From positions 32,466 through 96,465 of the IMG/VR virus record IMGVR_UViG_3300035520_000350: a stretch of DNA of 64,000 nucleotides; one strand, written 5' to 3'. The stretch comes from a virus (lineage: Duplodnaviria; Heunggongvirae; Uroviricota; Caudoviricetes). Below are positions 52,687-63,154 of this stretch, piece by piece; position 1 is the first letter of the stretch; each line of letters opens with the position of its first letter. Under the pieces are notes generated by a model. That model had not been told where the DNA came from and made no database searches. It was given only the letters and a program-made list of their open reading frames with translations. Made by a program: the position numbers and the translations under genes.

Positions 52687-53885
52687 TAGTATTTGTCACT
52701 TCCTTTCCATTTCAATTTATATACTTTACCCCCAGGAGCATTAGAGTCAGATGCAGATGTAATGTAAGCTGCTTGAGTAGGTCTATTGTCCATACGATCC
52801 ATTACATCATTATATACATCTATTCTATACTTAAGAGAGTCATAGTATGTCTTACTAAGAGCATTAAAATCATTCAGTATAACTGGGTCCATATCATCAA
52901 AGAATGCACACTTGAAACTGATAGAGTAAGATAACCCAGAATCAAATGACTCAGAAGAAAATACATCTCTTGGTAAACTCTTAGGCATCACTCCATAGTA
53001 TTTAGCATAATAGATAATGGTTTCCATATCTTCTGCTACTAAAAATTTATATATAGCAAACTGATCATGGAGTACCTTATCTTGTATATAACCTTTCCAA
53101 GGTCCTATAGTACCATGGTGTTTAAGAGTCTCGTATTCCTCATATGCTTTAAAGAACTGGTATACTGGAAGATACTTAGTGTCTTTAAACTCAAGATCAA
53201 AGTCGAAGTTATCATTACTGGCTTCACTAGATCCTCTATATGAGAAACCCACTCCATACATATTGTTTGGAGTTTCTATAGTCTCTGCATCAAGACTAGG
53301 CACAGCAATGTTACTAATACACATATTCTCAAGCAAGTGATTGAATGGATCATTCTTTTTACCCTTGGTTAACTGAAGACACTTTATTACATCCATATAT
53401 TTGGTCTTAAGCTCTTGCCAATAAGGAATCTTTGTAAGAGCACTATTCATAGAACCAGTTAGTGTTCCAGAAGTTTCGTTTCTTGTATAGATATTCAAGT
53501 CCGGTTTAGTAAAGAATAGAAACTCTCTAGTGGTAGTCAATGTCTCATATGGATTGAACAGACCAAAACGATATCTACGATTGAAGATATCAATGTCTTT
53601 TCTCTGGTATAATCCATGTGATCTCCTAATGAAGTCAAAGATATCATCTGCATTGTTTTCGATATAAGTTGTATTTGTATACTTAGCATCTAGAGTATTA
53701 GTACTATACTTACCATCAGACATACTACCTGTAACTGTCTTTGTTGTATTCTTTTTGGTAGTTGTAGTAGTCTTCTTCTTAGTACTACTGGTGGTAGTTT
53801 TCTTCTTTGTTGTAGAAGCTTTCTTCTTGGTAGTTGTAGTAGTCTTCTTAGTTATATTTTTTACGTTAGTCTTCTTTACAGCCAT
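52686..53885 (-). CDS. Hypothetical protein, 399 aa, with an N-terminal Thr/Lys-rich low-complexity tail.
   Basis: N-terminus KKTTTTTKKKASTTKKKTTTSSTKKKTTTTTKKNTTKT. SD AAAGGAGG. Confidence 0.5.
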   Translation of the reverse strand: MAVKKTNVKNITKKTTTTTKKKASTTKKKTTTSSTKKKTTTTTKKNTTKTVTGSMSDGKYSTNTLDAKYTNTTYIENNADDIFDFIRRSHGLYQRKDIDIFNRRYRFGLFNPYETLTTTREFLFFTKPDLNIYTRNETSGTLTGSMNSALTKIPYWQELKTKYMDVIKCLQLTKGKKNDPFNHLLENMCISNIAVPSLDAETIETPNNMYGVGFSYRGSSEASNDNFDFDLEFKDTKYLPVYQFFKAYEEYETLKHHGTIGPWKGYIQDKVLHDQFAIYKFLVAEDMETIIYYAKYYGVMPKSLPRDVFSSESFDSGLSYSISFKCAFFDDMDPVILNDFNALSKTYYDSLKYRIDVYNDVMDRMDNRPTQAAYITSASDSNAPGGKVYKLKWKGSDKY

Positions 53886-53907
53886 TCATTATACCTCCTT
53901 TCTCGTG

Positions 53908-53930
53908 GTTATATTAATGTTGAGCTAGGT
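53908..53930 (-). promoter_or_regulatory. Copy of the conserved promoter-like element. Minus sense reads TAGCTCAACATTAATATAACCAC.
   Basis: Lies about 15 nt upstream of the SD of the 53885 gene. Confidence 0.4.
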
Positions 53931-54076
53931 CAAATATACCGAGAATCATATATTATAATAGCGATAAGAGAAGATAAAGCTTGTGTTCGTTAAACTAAAT
54001 CACATAACTTAACTCCGTCTCACTAGTATGATTCGTATAACGAGTTAATAGATATTGACAATAGGGAGGTAAGGAT

Positions 54077-54313
54077 ATGTTTGATTTGTTGAATGATATA
54101 ATCAGAGAGGTAAATAGATCATCTCAAACAGAGATTGAAGTACATTGGAAAGGTAAGTATGATGCCGATATGGCATATGCTCATCTTAAAGATAGAGTCA
54201 AAGCTAAAGAGATGATTGAAGAAGAATCTGATCCAAAGAAAAAGAGACGTATGCAGATCTTAATGGGTGAAGGTATCTATGACTTTACTAATATAGACAA
54301 ATATTTCAATTAG
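54077..54313 (+). CDS. Small hypothetical protein, 78 aa.
   Basis: SD GGGAGG. Confidence 0.5.
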   Translation: MFDLLNDIIREVNRSSQTEIEVHWKGKYDADMAYAHLKDRVKAKEMIEEESDPKKKRRMQILMGEGIYDFTNIDKYFN

Positions 54314-54371
54314 CTCATGTGAGCTAGTACAAGTTCAGCATAAGCTTTATTTTTTAACATATTCGTAATAT

Positions 54372-55694
54372 ATGAAAGGAGGTAATTTCAATATGGTTAA
54401 GAGTCTTAGAGAATCCGTAGTGAAGGATGTACTCGATGTAATAGATGGAGTCAAAGACACTGTTGATGGCGGTATTAAAACTGGTAACAGAAGCGGATTA
54501 TCTGTATCTTCTATATCAAGAGCTTCTAAAGATCTTATTATGTCTTTCCCTGTTCTGTGTGATAACTCAATTGATCCTAAGACAGCAGCTATGATCTGTA
54601 AAGCCATTGAGAGAAAAGCTGTATCTATGCTGCAGATTCTTTTTTCTTCTTGTGCTCTTACTGGAGATAGTGCCAGAGATATTATATCTCAGTGGCATAA
54701 TAATATAGATGCTGGAGATATGAGTCTTGATGACTATATTAGCTTCTGTGATAGATTGTCTGAGAATGCAAAGATGACGACTGCAGATGCTAGACTTATC
54801 AACGAAGCAGTTAAGAATATCAGACTTGAACAGAGAAACGGAGATAAGTCTTATCCGGTAAACAGTTTTTCTGAGAGTTCTGTTAATGACTATAAGGTAC
54901 AGCAGAGATATGGTACTACTGTAGTTACAGAAGCTCCTATTATTACTGGACCTGGTCCTTATGATAGCGATAGGGGAAACAGCTTAGAGAAAGCAATGCA
55001 ACCGGAGACAGAGTTTTTCCATAAACAGCTTATGGATTCTGATGTAAAGAAATGCAATGAGTTAGTTCCTTCATTAGTTATCATTCGATTTTCGTCTAAG
55101 GTCGGCGATACTCAGCAGGTTGTTCATCAGCAATTCGTAGCCGGTGTCAAGGCTAGACTTATTCCTGTAGATTCTTATGACATCATTGAAAGGATCAACT
55201 CTAAGAATAAAGATAGAGCTGGCTTCTTAAACTTCATTCGTGCTACTACAAAAGAGACATCCTTTGTTAAGGATTATCTTCTTGCTATTGATAAGGCTAA
55301 GATTGATGCTAAGCATAACTCAATCAAGAATAATAGTGCACGTATTTGGAAGACTCTTGAGAAGAGAGCTACTAAATCTGTTTGGAAGAGATTGATTGGT
55401 AGAACCAATGATGCTTCTTGTATCACTACACTTGTTATATCTCAGCAGGTTGTCAATACTCTTAAGAAGGAGTATGGAGTTAATATGGCAGATGTAAAGA
55501 CTGCATCTGCAATTATGGACGCTTACAACTTACTGTGTGTAGTAATTGTAGATGAGTCTACCGAGGTAGCAAGATTTTTGTTCGATGGCGAGGAGTGGTA
55601 TGAAGATTTATCATTCAATACGCTTGAGAGAGAATCTGGAGATGGATCTTATAAGAAGGTCATTAACCTTCTTTCTAAGATGAATAGGGGGTGA
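54372..55694 (+). CDS. Hypothetical protein, 440 aa.
   Basis: SD AAAGGAGG. The stop overlaps the next start (ATGA). Confidence 0.55.
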   Translation: MKGGNFNMVKSLRESVVKDVLDVIDGVKDTVDGGIKTGNRSGLSVSSISRASKDLIMSFPVLCDNSIDPKTAAMICKAIERKAVSMLQILFSSCALTGDSARDIISQWHNNIDAGDMSLDDYISFCDRLSENAKMTTADARLINEAVKNIRLEQRNGDKSYPVNSFSESSVNDYKVQQRYGTTVVTEAPIITGPGPYDSDRGNSLEKAMQPETEFFHKQLMDSDVKKCNELVPSLVIIRFSSKVGDTQQVVHQQFVAGVKARLIPVDSYDIIERINSKNKDRAGFLNFIRATTKETSFVKDYLLAIDKAKIDAKHNSIKNNSARIWKTLEKRATKSVWKRLIGRTNDASCITTLVISQQVVNTLKKEYGVNMADVKTASAIMDAYNLLCVVIVDESTEVARFLFDGEEWYEDLSFNTLERESGDGSYKKVINLLSKMNRG

Positions 55695-56827
55695 TGACTG
55701 ATATGGTAAGTGAATTTACAGCGCTCATGCATGAGCATATGGATCTTTCTGATAGAGATACCAGAAGAACAATCATTGGGCTGGATGAAGCAGATCAAAA
55801 TCAGTTATTAGCCGCCCTTACTTCTAAACTATATGATAAGATAGTTGAGAAAGTGGATGATATAGATTTTGGAACTATTCCAAGATCTCGTGGCGATATC
55901 ACCAAGATCGAAAACTATGCTTCTATTATGGAGTGTATCGACATACTTAGGAGTATTATCATAGAGTATAAAGAAGATACGTATCCTATAGACGTTGTAA
56001 GTACTGCTGTTGAGAATATCAAGCAGAGAACTAAGACCTTTACTAAGGCTTATGCTTTAAACGTCGAGCTGCCTATTGTACTGTACAATACTATCTGTCT
56101 TGCTATTGTCTCTAGTGTATCTTACTTGATTTCGGGATGTATTGAGTACATCAAAGATCCCGGAGCAGAAACTTACACTATTGCTCTCAATAAGGTAGGT
56201 TATCAGAAGACAGCACAAAATCTTCTGTTTGAGAACTTAGCTGCATTCAATGATGCTTGTAAGAAAGGTGATATTGATGTAGCCTTGACAGATGTGATTA
56301 GAAATAATCATAAACTATCTGAATCTGCAGAAGATGGTTCTTCTACTCTGGTAATCAATATCAAGGGAGGAGATACAGATGAGGATGAGTATGGAAGAGA
56401 AGCAATCAATGATTCTCGTAGAGCTCTTTCAGAGGATGTACTAAATCCTATTGCTTTCACTACAAGAGCTTTACTTGGATTATGTAAGCTTATCATTCCA
56501 TTGCTTCAGAATCTTGTGTATTACTTCTACCAGACAAGACAGAATATCTCTGACTACTTTGCTATTCAGTCAGAGTTATTGCAGATGAATGCATATAAAG
56601 TTCAGTACAGTACTACTATGGCAGATGATCAGCGTAAAGCTGTTTACTCTAAACAGATGAAGATCGCTGATAAACTTCGTAAGGTTAGCAATGCATTCAG
56701 TATTGACTACAACAGGTCTAAGAAAAGTGCTGCTGATCTTGCTGCAGAGGAAAAGAAGAAGTTCACAAGTGAAGAACTTGGAATGCCTACTCCTCTGCCT
56801 ACTTCGGGTCAAAGTTCTCTGTTTTAA
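55691..56827 (+). CDS. Hypothetical protein, 378 aa.
   Basis: Translationally coupled to the previous gene. Confidence 0.55.
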   Translation: MMTDMVSEFTALMHEHMDLSDRDTRRTIIGLDEADQNQLLAALTSKLYDKIVEKVDDIDFGTIPRSRGDITKIENYASIMECIDILRSIIIEYKEDTYPIDVVSTAVENIKQRTKTFTKAYALNVELPIVLYNTICLAIVSSVSYLISGCIEYIKDPGAETYTIALNKVGYQKTAQNLLFENLAAFNDACKKGDIDVALTDVIRNNHKLSESAEDGSSTLVINIKGGDTDEDEYGREAINDSRRALSEDVLNPIAFTTRALLGLCKLIIPLLQNLVYYFYQTRQNISDYFAIQSELLQMNAYKVQYSTTMADDQRKAVYSKQMKIADKLRKVSNAFSIDYNRSKKSAADLAAEEKKKFTSEELGMPTPLPTSGQSSLF

Positions 56828-56889
56828 TCTAAACAGTAGAACATTTGAATAAAACCATAAAATCTATGAATTAAGGAGGAATATACAAT

Positions 56890-57891
56890 ATGGGTGTTTA
56901 TTCTGGAAACAGAACTCTCCTTGGAGAATCCGCCATTGGTAGTGACCATATCATGGATCTGGTTCTCGAAAACGAGAGAAATGATTTAAACATGTTCAAT
57001 GCAGTTATTAACTGTGATTTTGTAGAAGCGTTTTCTGAAGCCGGTTTGACAATGCTCGATGAGGAAACTCAGGGAGCAGCCAAAGAGGAGACCAAAAAGA
57101 GCATCGGTAAGAAGATCAAAGAGCTCTTTAAGAAAGCATATGACAGTATCAGACGGTTTGTATCGGCATTCATTGCTAAGATCAAGAACCTGGTTTCTAA
57201 CGATGCTAAACTGTATAAGCAGTATCATAAGAACTTTTCTGATAATGCTGAAGGATACAAGATTGAGAGTTGGAAGCCACTTCTGGAAGGTGATACATTT
57301 GACAATTTCTGGAGCAACTACAACAAGCATTATACTGACGCTATTGATGCTCTCCAGAGTGCTGCTGACGGTGAAGCAATGAGTAAGATCGTTAAGGACG
57401 CAAAGGATGCAGCAAAGGAAATTGATATTGCTGATATCATTGAGAAGGCTTATTTCGGAGATCGGAAGGCAGTGGAGAATCATCCGCTCGATTCAAAAGA
57501 AGTCCGCACTATCTTAAATGTTGTGGGTAGCAGCACCAGATCAATTACTGAAATCAAAAGGGCAGGTGAAGCAACCATTAATACCCTTAAGAAGAAAGAG
57601 GCAGATCTTAAATACATGAAGGATGTACAGGATAACTCCGATGTTGCACTTGCTAGAATTAACGCTAAGTACAAGCTGGCTTCTACATTCGTAACTTATG
57701 CATCCAAGACTCTGAACGCACACTGCAACACTTATGCAAGATATCTTGCTGCGTGCCGCCGGGCATTCGTTCTTGTAGGAAAGAAAGCTACATCAAAGGC
57801 TGAGCAGGGTACAAGCGAGTCAGCTCTGATGGACGCTATGCTTACAGAAGCATCCAACGATTACGTTGAGTCTATGCTTCTGTCCTTATAA
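56890..57891 (+). CDS. Hypothetical alpha-helical protein, 333 aa. First member of a tandem paralog family.
   Basis: SD AAGGAGG. Similar to 57913-58980 in its N-terminal 120 aa. Confidence 0.55.
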   Translation: MGVYSGNRTLLGESAIGSDHIMDLVLENERNDLNMFNAVINCDFVEAFSEAGLTMLDEETQGAAKEETKKSIGKKIKELFKKAYDSIRRFVSAFIAKIKNLVSNDAKLYKQYHKNFSDNAEGYKIESWKPLLEGDTFDNFWSNYNKHYTDAIDALQSAADGEAMSKIVKDAKDAAKEIDIADIIEKAYFGDRKAVENHPLDSKEVRTILNVVGSSTRSITEIKRAGEATINTLKKKEADLKYMKDVQDNSDVALARINAKYKLASTFVTYASKTLNAHCNTYARYLAACRRAFVLVGKKATSKAEQGTSESALMDAMLTEASNDYVESMLLSL

Positions 57892-57912
57892 TATTGAAAG
57901 GAGGAAAAAGAA

Positions 57913-58980
57913 ATGGCAGTATACAATACTAACGAACCAACTATTGCTACTGAAGATTATCTTGTTGGAGTTCAGGCAAGTAATGTAATTCCATCGTATG
58001 CTTCTTTTGACGAAATGGCTTTCCATGTTGCTGAAGCTTCTGAAGCAGACTTCAATGCACTGATGATGGAATGTGGAGTGATTGAACTCGCATATGTGGA
58101 AGAGAATCATGCTGAGATGGTATATGAGTCAGGCAAAATCAAAGAGATTACTGACAAGGCTGTTGATACATTCAAAAAGATGTGGAGCCGGGTGCAGGAA
58201 ATGTTTGAAAGAGCATTATCCACAATCCAGAGTAAGTCTCAGGAATTCCGTAAGAAAGTATTGTCAAAGGTTAACAAAGACTTCCTTCAGAAGAGGGTTG
58301 ATAACCTTAAACCGGATAAGAACTTCGGAACTACGTTTAAGCTGGAAAATATCGATAAGGAATCCGATGCAATGCTCGGTACAATCGATGATGCTGATAA
58401 GGAAATTTCAGATGCATCAACCGCGGCTTTTCAGAGATACAAGAAGGGTGAGACTGGAACAGATGATCTGGATGCTACAATTAAAGCTTCCGTTAAGAAA
58501 TGTATTGGAGGGTTATGCCATGGCTACGGATCAGCTTCCGATACTTCTGCTATCGTAAAGGTAGTTAAGGGTCGTCTTAGAGGAAAAACTTTTGCAGTAA
58601 ATGGTGCTTGGGTTAAGGCTAACTACAAGACCATCCTGGCTGAAGTTACTGACTTCCCGACAACTAAACGGAAGTTTAAGAAGGACTACAACGAAGTTAA
58701 GAAGAGATTCAACAAGACCATCAAAGATTGCAAGAAAGCAAATGATGGTGGAATGTTCGAAGCAAACGCTTATACGAAGACCATTGCCGGGTACAAGCAG
58801 CTTCGCCAGATCAACACATACGTTGAGCAGGCTGTAATCTCTTGCTTAAACGAGCGTGAGAGCTTCAACAGATCGGTTCTTATTAAACTTATCGGTGCAA
58901 AACCGGCTAAGGATGACAAGAAGGCTGTTGGCGAGTCTACAACGGTTGACGGAGTTCAGGCTCTGTTCGAAAACTGGTAA
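57913..58980 (+). CDS. Hypothetical alpha-helical protein, 355 aa. Paralog family member.
   Basis: SD AAGGAGG. Confidence 0.55.
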   Translation: MAVYNTNEPTIATEDYLVGVQASNVIPSYASFDEMAFHVAEASEADFNALMMECGVIELAYVEENHAEMVYESGKIKEITDKAVDTFKKMWSRVQEMFERALSTIQSKSQEFRKKVLSKVNKDFLQKRVDNLKPDKNFGTTFKLENIDKESDAMLGTIDDADKEISDASTAAFQRYKKGETGTDDLDATIKASVKKCIGGLCHGYGSASDTSAIVKVVKGRLRGKTFAVNGAWVKANYKTILAEVTDFPTTKRKFKKDYNEVKKRFNKTIKDCKKANDGGMFEANAYTKTIAGYKQLRQINTYVEQAVISCLNERESFNRSVLIKLIGAKPAKDDKKAVGESTTVDGVQALFENW

Positions 58981-58991
58981 AATGACTTTGC

Positions 58992-59032
58992 AGGTGGAGG
59001 TTGGGTTTACTCAACCTCCACTTTATTTTTTA
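58992..59032 (+). terminator. Rho-independent terminator.
   Basis: GTGGAGGTTG...CAACCTCCAC followed by TTTATTTTTT. Confidence 0.6.
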
Positions 59033-59051
59033 GAAAGGAGATATATGAATT

Positions 59052-60092
59052 ATGGTCTTAGGTAACGCTAAGTTATATAGATCTTCTATATCTAATGGTA
59101 CTTCTATATCTGGAGATAACTATGAAGATAGATCTCTGTTTGTAGAGTCATTAGATTTACTTAGAGAGCATGATAGATTCATGAATAGTCTCTTAAAGAC
59201 AGCTCATACTAATGTAATACTGTCAGAGTCTAGTAAGAAAGACGAAGTATTCATACATGAGTTTAGTATTATAGATACTATCAAGAATATCATAGATTTC
59301 TTCATAGATGCTATCAAATCTTTATGGGGTAAGTTTAAGACACTATTCCAGAAGATTACTTATTCTGATAGTACTATAGATAAGTATGAAGATAGACTTA
59401 AATCTATGAAATATAACTTCACAGTTACATTTCCTCGTTATAATTACACCTGTTTTGATGACGATATACCAAGCATAAATCTAAAAAACACGTTCTATGA
59501 AGACTATAGTACCCTTGAAGGGAAATTGCAAAATATTGCAGATTTGAAGACTAAGTCTGAGAGATGTGAACGTTTTAGGTCATTAGAGGCAGATGTAAAG
59601 TCTATTGCTACACCACTGTATTATGATCAGGCTAGACAGAGATCTCTTAAAACTACTTATCCGATATCGTCTAGTGATTACTCTACTGAACTCTTTAACA
59701 GATTCAGAGATGGTGGTGAACAGGTTACATCAAAGATTACACCTGATGAAGTTACTATAACTTTTGATAGATATAAGAAGAACAAGAATCTTATTAAGTC
59801 TTTAGAGAAAGCAAAGAATGATACTATCAATGCTGCTAAAGATGTAAAGAAGATGATATCTTCTATAAGATTACAGAATATCAATAAGAACTACTATGTA
59901 CCTTATGATACTGAGGAAGAAGCTTTGTTTGATAAGATTCTTCAAGTAAAGTCTGGACAGGTAGATCAGGTATGTAATATCTATATCATGGTATTCTCTG
60001 CTAAGTTAGATGCAGCAAAGGATGCGGCAGTACAAGATAAGAAGGTATTGTTTGATGCTATAAAGGTTATCAATACAGGAGGTGAGAGATAA
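59052..60092 (+). CDS. Hypothetical protein, 346 aa. Paralog family member.
   Basis: SD AAAGGAG. Confidence 0.5.
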   Translation: MVLGNAKLYRSSISNGTSISGDNYEDRSLFVESLDLLREHDRFMNSLLKTAHTNVILSESSKKDEVFIHEFSIIDTIKNIIDFFIDAIKSLWGKFKTLFQKITYSDSTIDKYEDRLKSMKYNFTVTFPRYNYTCFDDDIPSINLKNTFYEDYSTLEGKLQNIADLKTKSERCERFRSLEADVKSIATPLYYDQARQRSLKTTYPISSSDYSTELFNRFRDGGEQVTSKITPDEVTITFDRYKKNKNLIKSLEKAKNDTINAAKDVKKMISSIRLQNINKNYYVPYDTEEEALFDKILQVKSGQVDQVCNIYIMVFSAKLDAAKDAAVQDKKVLFDAIKVINTGGER

Positions 60093-61093
60093 TGGTTACA
60101 CTTGAAGAATATGAGTTAGCTTATAATCTCTATAGAGAAGGTAAGATACTCGAAGCTAATACTACTTCTCTTGAACTTAAATCTCTTACTGAGTCTACTG
60201 AAGTAATTCAGGAAGGAGTAGCAGATACAATACGGAAGTATGTAAACAAGATCATCAAAGGAATTCAGTCTGCTTGGGATAAGTTTAAAGGAAATGTAAC
60301 TAAGAGTAGATTGAAGTATACTGATGAACAGGTGAAGGCTGCATTAGAGAAAGAACCTCATATAACAGTCAATGACTATATTGACTATAAGCCTGATACT
60401 ATGAACAATATAAAGATAGGTGAGCTTAACTACAATACTATGGCTAATGATCTGAAGGATGTACCTACCTTTATGAAGAAGTATTACTCCTCTATATACT
60501 CTGATCAGAATAAGAGTATATATGATAATATCAGAGCAAAGTGTTTAGGACAGAGATCTGATAAGTATAAGATTACTAAAGAAGATCTCAGTAGAATGTA
60601 TGACTATACTTCTAAGTATGATGAGTTTAAGACTAAACTTGAAGAGGAGATAAAAGTAATCAACAAAGCTGCTGATGCTAGTGATTATATTGCTAGAACA
60701 TCTGCTACTACTGCTGAATCAGTATCTACTCTTGATGATACTATGAAGTATTACTTTACTGAAGCAGATGATGAGCCTAAACCAACTATTGTTAAGGATG
60801 AAGAGGAAGAGAATAAAGAAGGTAACACTACAGAAGGTGGAGAAGAGAAGAAAGAAGATAAGAATGATAACTCTGAGGTAGTGACGAAAGTGCAGAATTA
60901 CTTCAAAGCGGTAAGTGAAATCTTATCTTCTGAGATGAGAATTAGTAGAGAGATCTTCTTGTTCTATGGTTCTATCATCAACCAGCATATGAACAATGTA
61001 GAGAAGGCTAAGAAGAAAGCCAAGAAGACAGAAGGTAAGAAAGAAGAGAACAATACAGAAGACAATACTAAGACAAACAATGTGAATCTCTAA
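60092..61093 (+). CDS. Hypothetical protein, 333 aa. Paralog family member with a Lys/Glu-rich tail.
   Basis: Start overlaps the previous stop. SD AGGAGGTGAGAG. Confidence 0.5.
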   Translation: MVTLEEYELAYNLYREGKILEANTTSLELKSLTESTEVIQEGVADTIRKYVNKIIKGIQSAWDKFKGNVTKSRLKYTDEQVKAALEKEPHITVNDYIDYKPDTMNNIKIGELNYNTMANDLKDVPTFMKKYYSSIYSDQNKSIYDNIRAKCLGQRSDKYKITKEDLSRMYDYTSKYDEFKTKLEEEIKVINKAADASDYIARTSATTAESVSTLDDTMKYYFTEADDEPKPTIVKDEEEENKEGNTTEGGEEKKEDKNDNSEVVTKVQNYFKAVSEILSSEMRISREIFLFYGSIINQHMNNVEKAKKKAKKTEGKKEENNTEDNTKTNNVNL

Positions 61094-61097
61094 GATT

Positions 61098-61130
61098 AAG
61101 CGGTAGGTATACTATACCTACCGCTATATT
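61098..61130. terminator. Hairpin terminator between convergent genes.
   Basis: AGCGGTAGGTAT-ACTA-ATACCTACCGCT. Confidence 0.5.
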
Positions 61131-61134
61131 ATGT

Positions 61135-62433
61135 TTACTTAGAGCTAGTAGTACTAGCACCTTTAGTAGCTGTAGTTTTTGTAGTCTTAGTACTATAAGA
61201 AGATGTCTTTGCTGTAGAAGAAGTATTCTTCTTAATATTGTTAGCAGATACATATCCTATAGTCTGGATATTACCTACTTTACGAATGCCGAATGTAGTA
61301 ATAGAAGCATAGTCGGAAGAAGCACCTTGTATAACTTCTTTCTTATAGATCAGTACGTACTTACCACTATACTCCTCATATCCTTCATAGTTAGTTATAT
61401 TGAAAGTCTTATTGGGAGTAATGTATCTACTGTCTATATTTTCTTTGACTAACTCTATACATACCTGAGCAGATTCTACTGTATTCTTATATACAATAGC
61501 AGACTCTTTGTCTAATCTCTTGAAAGTCTGTTTAGTAGTAGAGTCTGTATTACTATTGATATTAAGATCAATAGTGGTAGTACCATCTTCATCTCCTGCT
61601 ACTAACTGGTTTGCTATCTTCTCTGTTCCAACATCCATAGATACATGAGCATTAGCAGGATTGATATAGATATAATAACTACCATTCTTCTGTTCCATTC
61701 CTTCACTATATGCTTTACTATCTGTAACAGATCTTATATCAATGATGATATCGTTATACTGACCATCATTAGCACTTACTGCTTCTCCTGTTCTATCTAA
61801 GAGATAAGACTTATCAAAGTCTATGAAGTATAAGAAGTCTGTATCATAGAAAGGTTCCAGACTAAAGATATAAGTAAGGAACTGATATCTAGATGTAAGA
61901 TTAGGTAGATATACAGTATCGAACTTAGTATTATACTTAGGAGTCTTTAAGACTATCTTAGTATCCTTTATAGCTTTATAGACTAGACTATGTAAGTCTA
62001 TATTCTTTAAGAATCCACTAAAGGACTTTCTTATAGTATTCATTATTGTCATACTCATGAGTCCTATAGTAAGAGTTCTATAAGCAGAGTCTATATTATC
62101 ATTAGCATCAGATAAGTTCTTAGAATACTCTGGTGTAGCAGAAGGTAGAGTGTAAGTAAACATGCCTTTAATGTAGTCCTTATATAATGATGTCTTAGAG
62201 TAAGCATCATACTTTTGTATTCTTAAGTATATCTTAGCAGAATCTTTCTCTTCCAGTATAGTATTATATAGGTCTGCTTCTACAGATATTGATATGTATA
62301 TTACAGGCATTCTTTTAGCCTCATACATTTGCTCTATTACAATATACTTTATCTTATCGGATGACATTTTAATGTATTCACTACCAGAGAACGCTATAGT
62401 GATCTTTGTTTTATACGCTTGTTTAGAAGCCAT
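61135..62433 (-). CDS. Hypothetical protein, 432 aa, with a C-terminal Ser/Thr/Lys-rich tail.
   Basis: C-terminus TSSTAKTSSYSTKTTKTTATKGASTTSSK. Confidence 0.5.
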   Translation of the reverse strand: MASKQAYKTKITIAFSGSEYIKMSSDKIKYIVIEQMYEAKRMPVIYISISVEADLYNTILEEKDSAKIYLRIQKYDAYSKTSLYKDYIKGMFTYTLPSATPEYSKNLSDANDNIDSAYRTLTIGLMSMTIMNTIRKSFSGFLKNIDLHSLVYKAIKDTKIVLKTPKYNTKFDTVYLPNLTSRYQFLTYIFSLEPFYDTDFLYFIDFDKSYLLDRTGEAVSANDGQYNDIIIDIRSVTDSKAYSEGMEQKNGSYYIYINPANAHVSMDVGTEKIANQLVAGDEDGTTTIDLNINSNTDSTTKQTFKRLDKESAIVYKNTVESAQVCIELVKENIDSRYITPNKTFNITNYEGYEEYSGKYVLIYKKEVIQGASSDYASITTFGIRKVGNIQTIGYVSANNIKKNTSSTAKTSSYSTKTTKTTATKGASTTSSK

Positions 62434-62519
62434 ATTATCTACTCCTTTCAGGTGTGACTTTATTATAATGTAAATTTTGCAGAAACATATTTAAAAGAAG
62501 ATTAGGAGGTTGTAAAAAC

Positions 62520-63089
62520 ATGAATAATGGTGATATAAGAATTGGTTTATGGGCATATGCGAGCCCAAGAGACGAAGACGACCTGTTATACATAATTAGG
62601 AATTATGTGTATCTGGTAGTTATATTAGTATACGTATTGATCGATTTTAGGTTCACTTGCTGTGTAGTAGATAATACTATAAGTCAGGTATCAATGGCTA
62701 TAGCTTTCTTACTGATGAGTATAGTATTCTCATGTGTATTCTTAAATGACATGATATGGAAACCGGTACTTACTATCTATAAGTATACATTTGCTTTCAT
62801 ATGCTGGGTTAAGTATAGATTTTTCTCTACACCACTTCCTAAGAAGAAGGATGTAGATGTATACATATTTAGACCTACTAATGATAGATTCTATAGTAAT
62901 AGAGTAAAGATAGCAAGTAATATACTGGTAGTTGTAGTATGGATAGTATACTTAATTGCGGCTATTTTATCTGATATAAATCATAGTTTCATAGCTACTA
63001 TGATGCTAAATCCTATGATTATACTTATAGTAGCAACTACGAAGAACAATATATGGCTTAATATAGTCAATAGCTTCTTTGGCATATAA
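62520..63089 (+). CDS. Integral membrane protein, 189 aa, with at least 4 TM segments.
   Basis: Hydrophobic segments YVYLVVILVYVLIDF, MAIAFLLMSIVFSCVFL, ILVVVVWIVYLIAAIL and MIILIVATT. Confidence 0.5.
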   Translation: MNNGDIRIGLWAYASPRDEDDLLYIIRNYVYLVVILVYVLIDFRFTCCVVDNTISQVSMAIAFLLMSIVFSCVFLNDMIWKPVLTIYKYTFAFICWVKYRFFSTPLPKKKDVDVYIFRPTNDRFYSNRVKIASNILVVVVWIVYLIAAILSDINHSFIATMMLNPMIILIVATTKNNIWLNIVNSFFGI

Positions 63090-63112
63090 AAAATAAAGCA
63101 TAGTGACACAAT

Positions 63113-63145
63113 ATAGGGATAGAGGTGTATTACCTCTATCCCTTA
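63113..63145. terminator. Hairpin terminator.
   Basis: AGGGATAGAGGT-GTATT-ACCTCTATCCCT. Confidence 0.5.
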
Positions 63146-63154
63146 TATGTCTCT

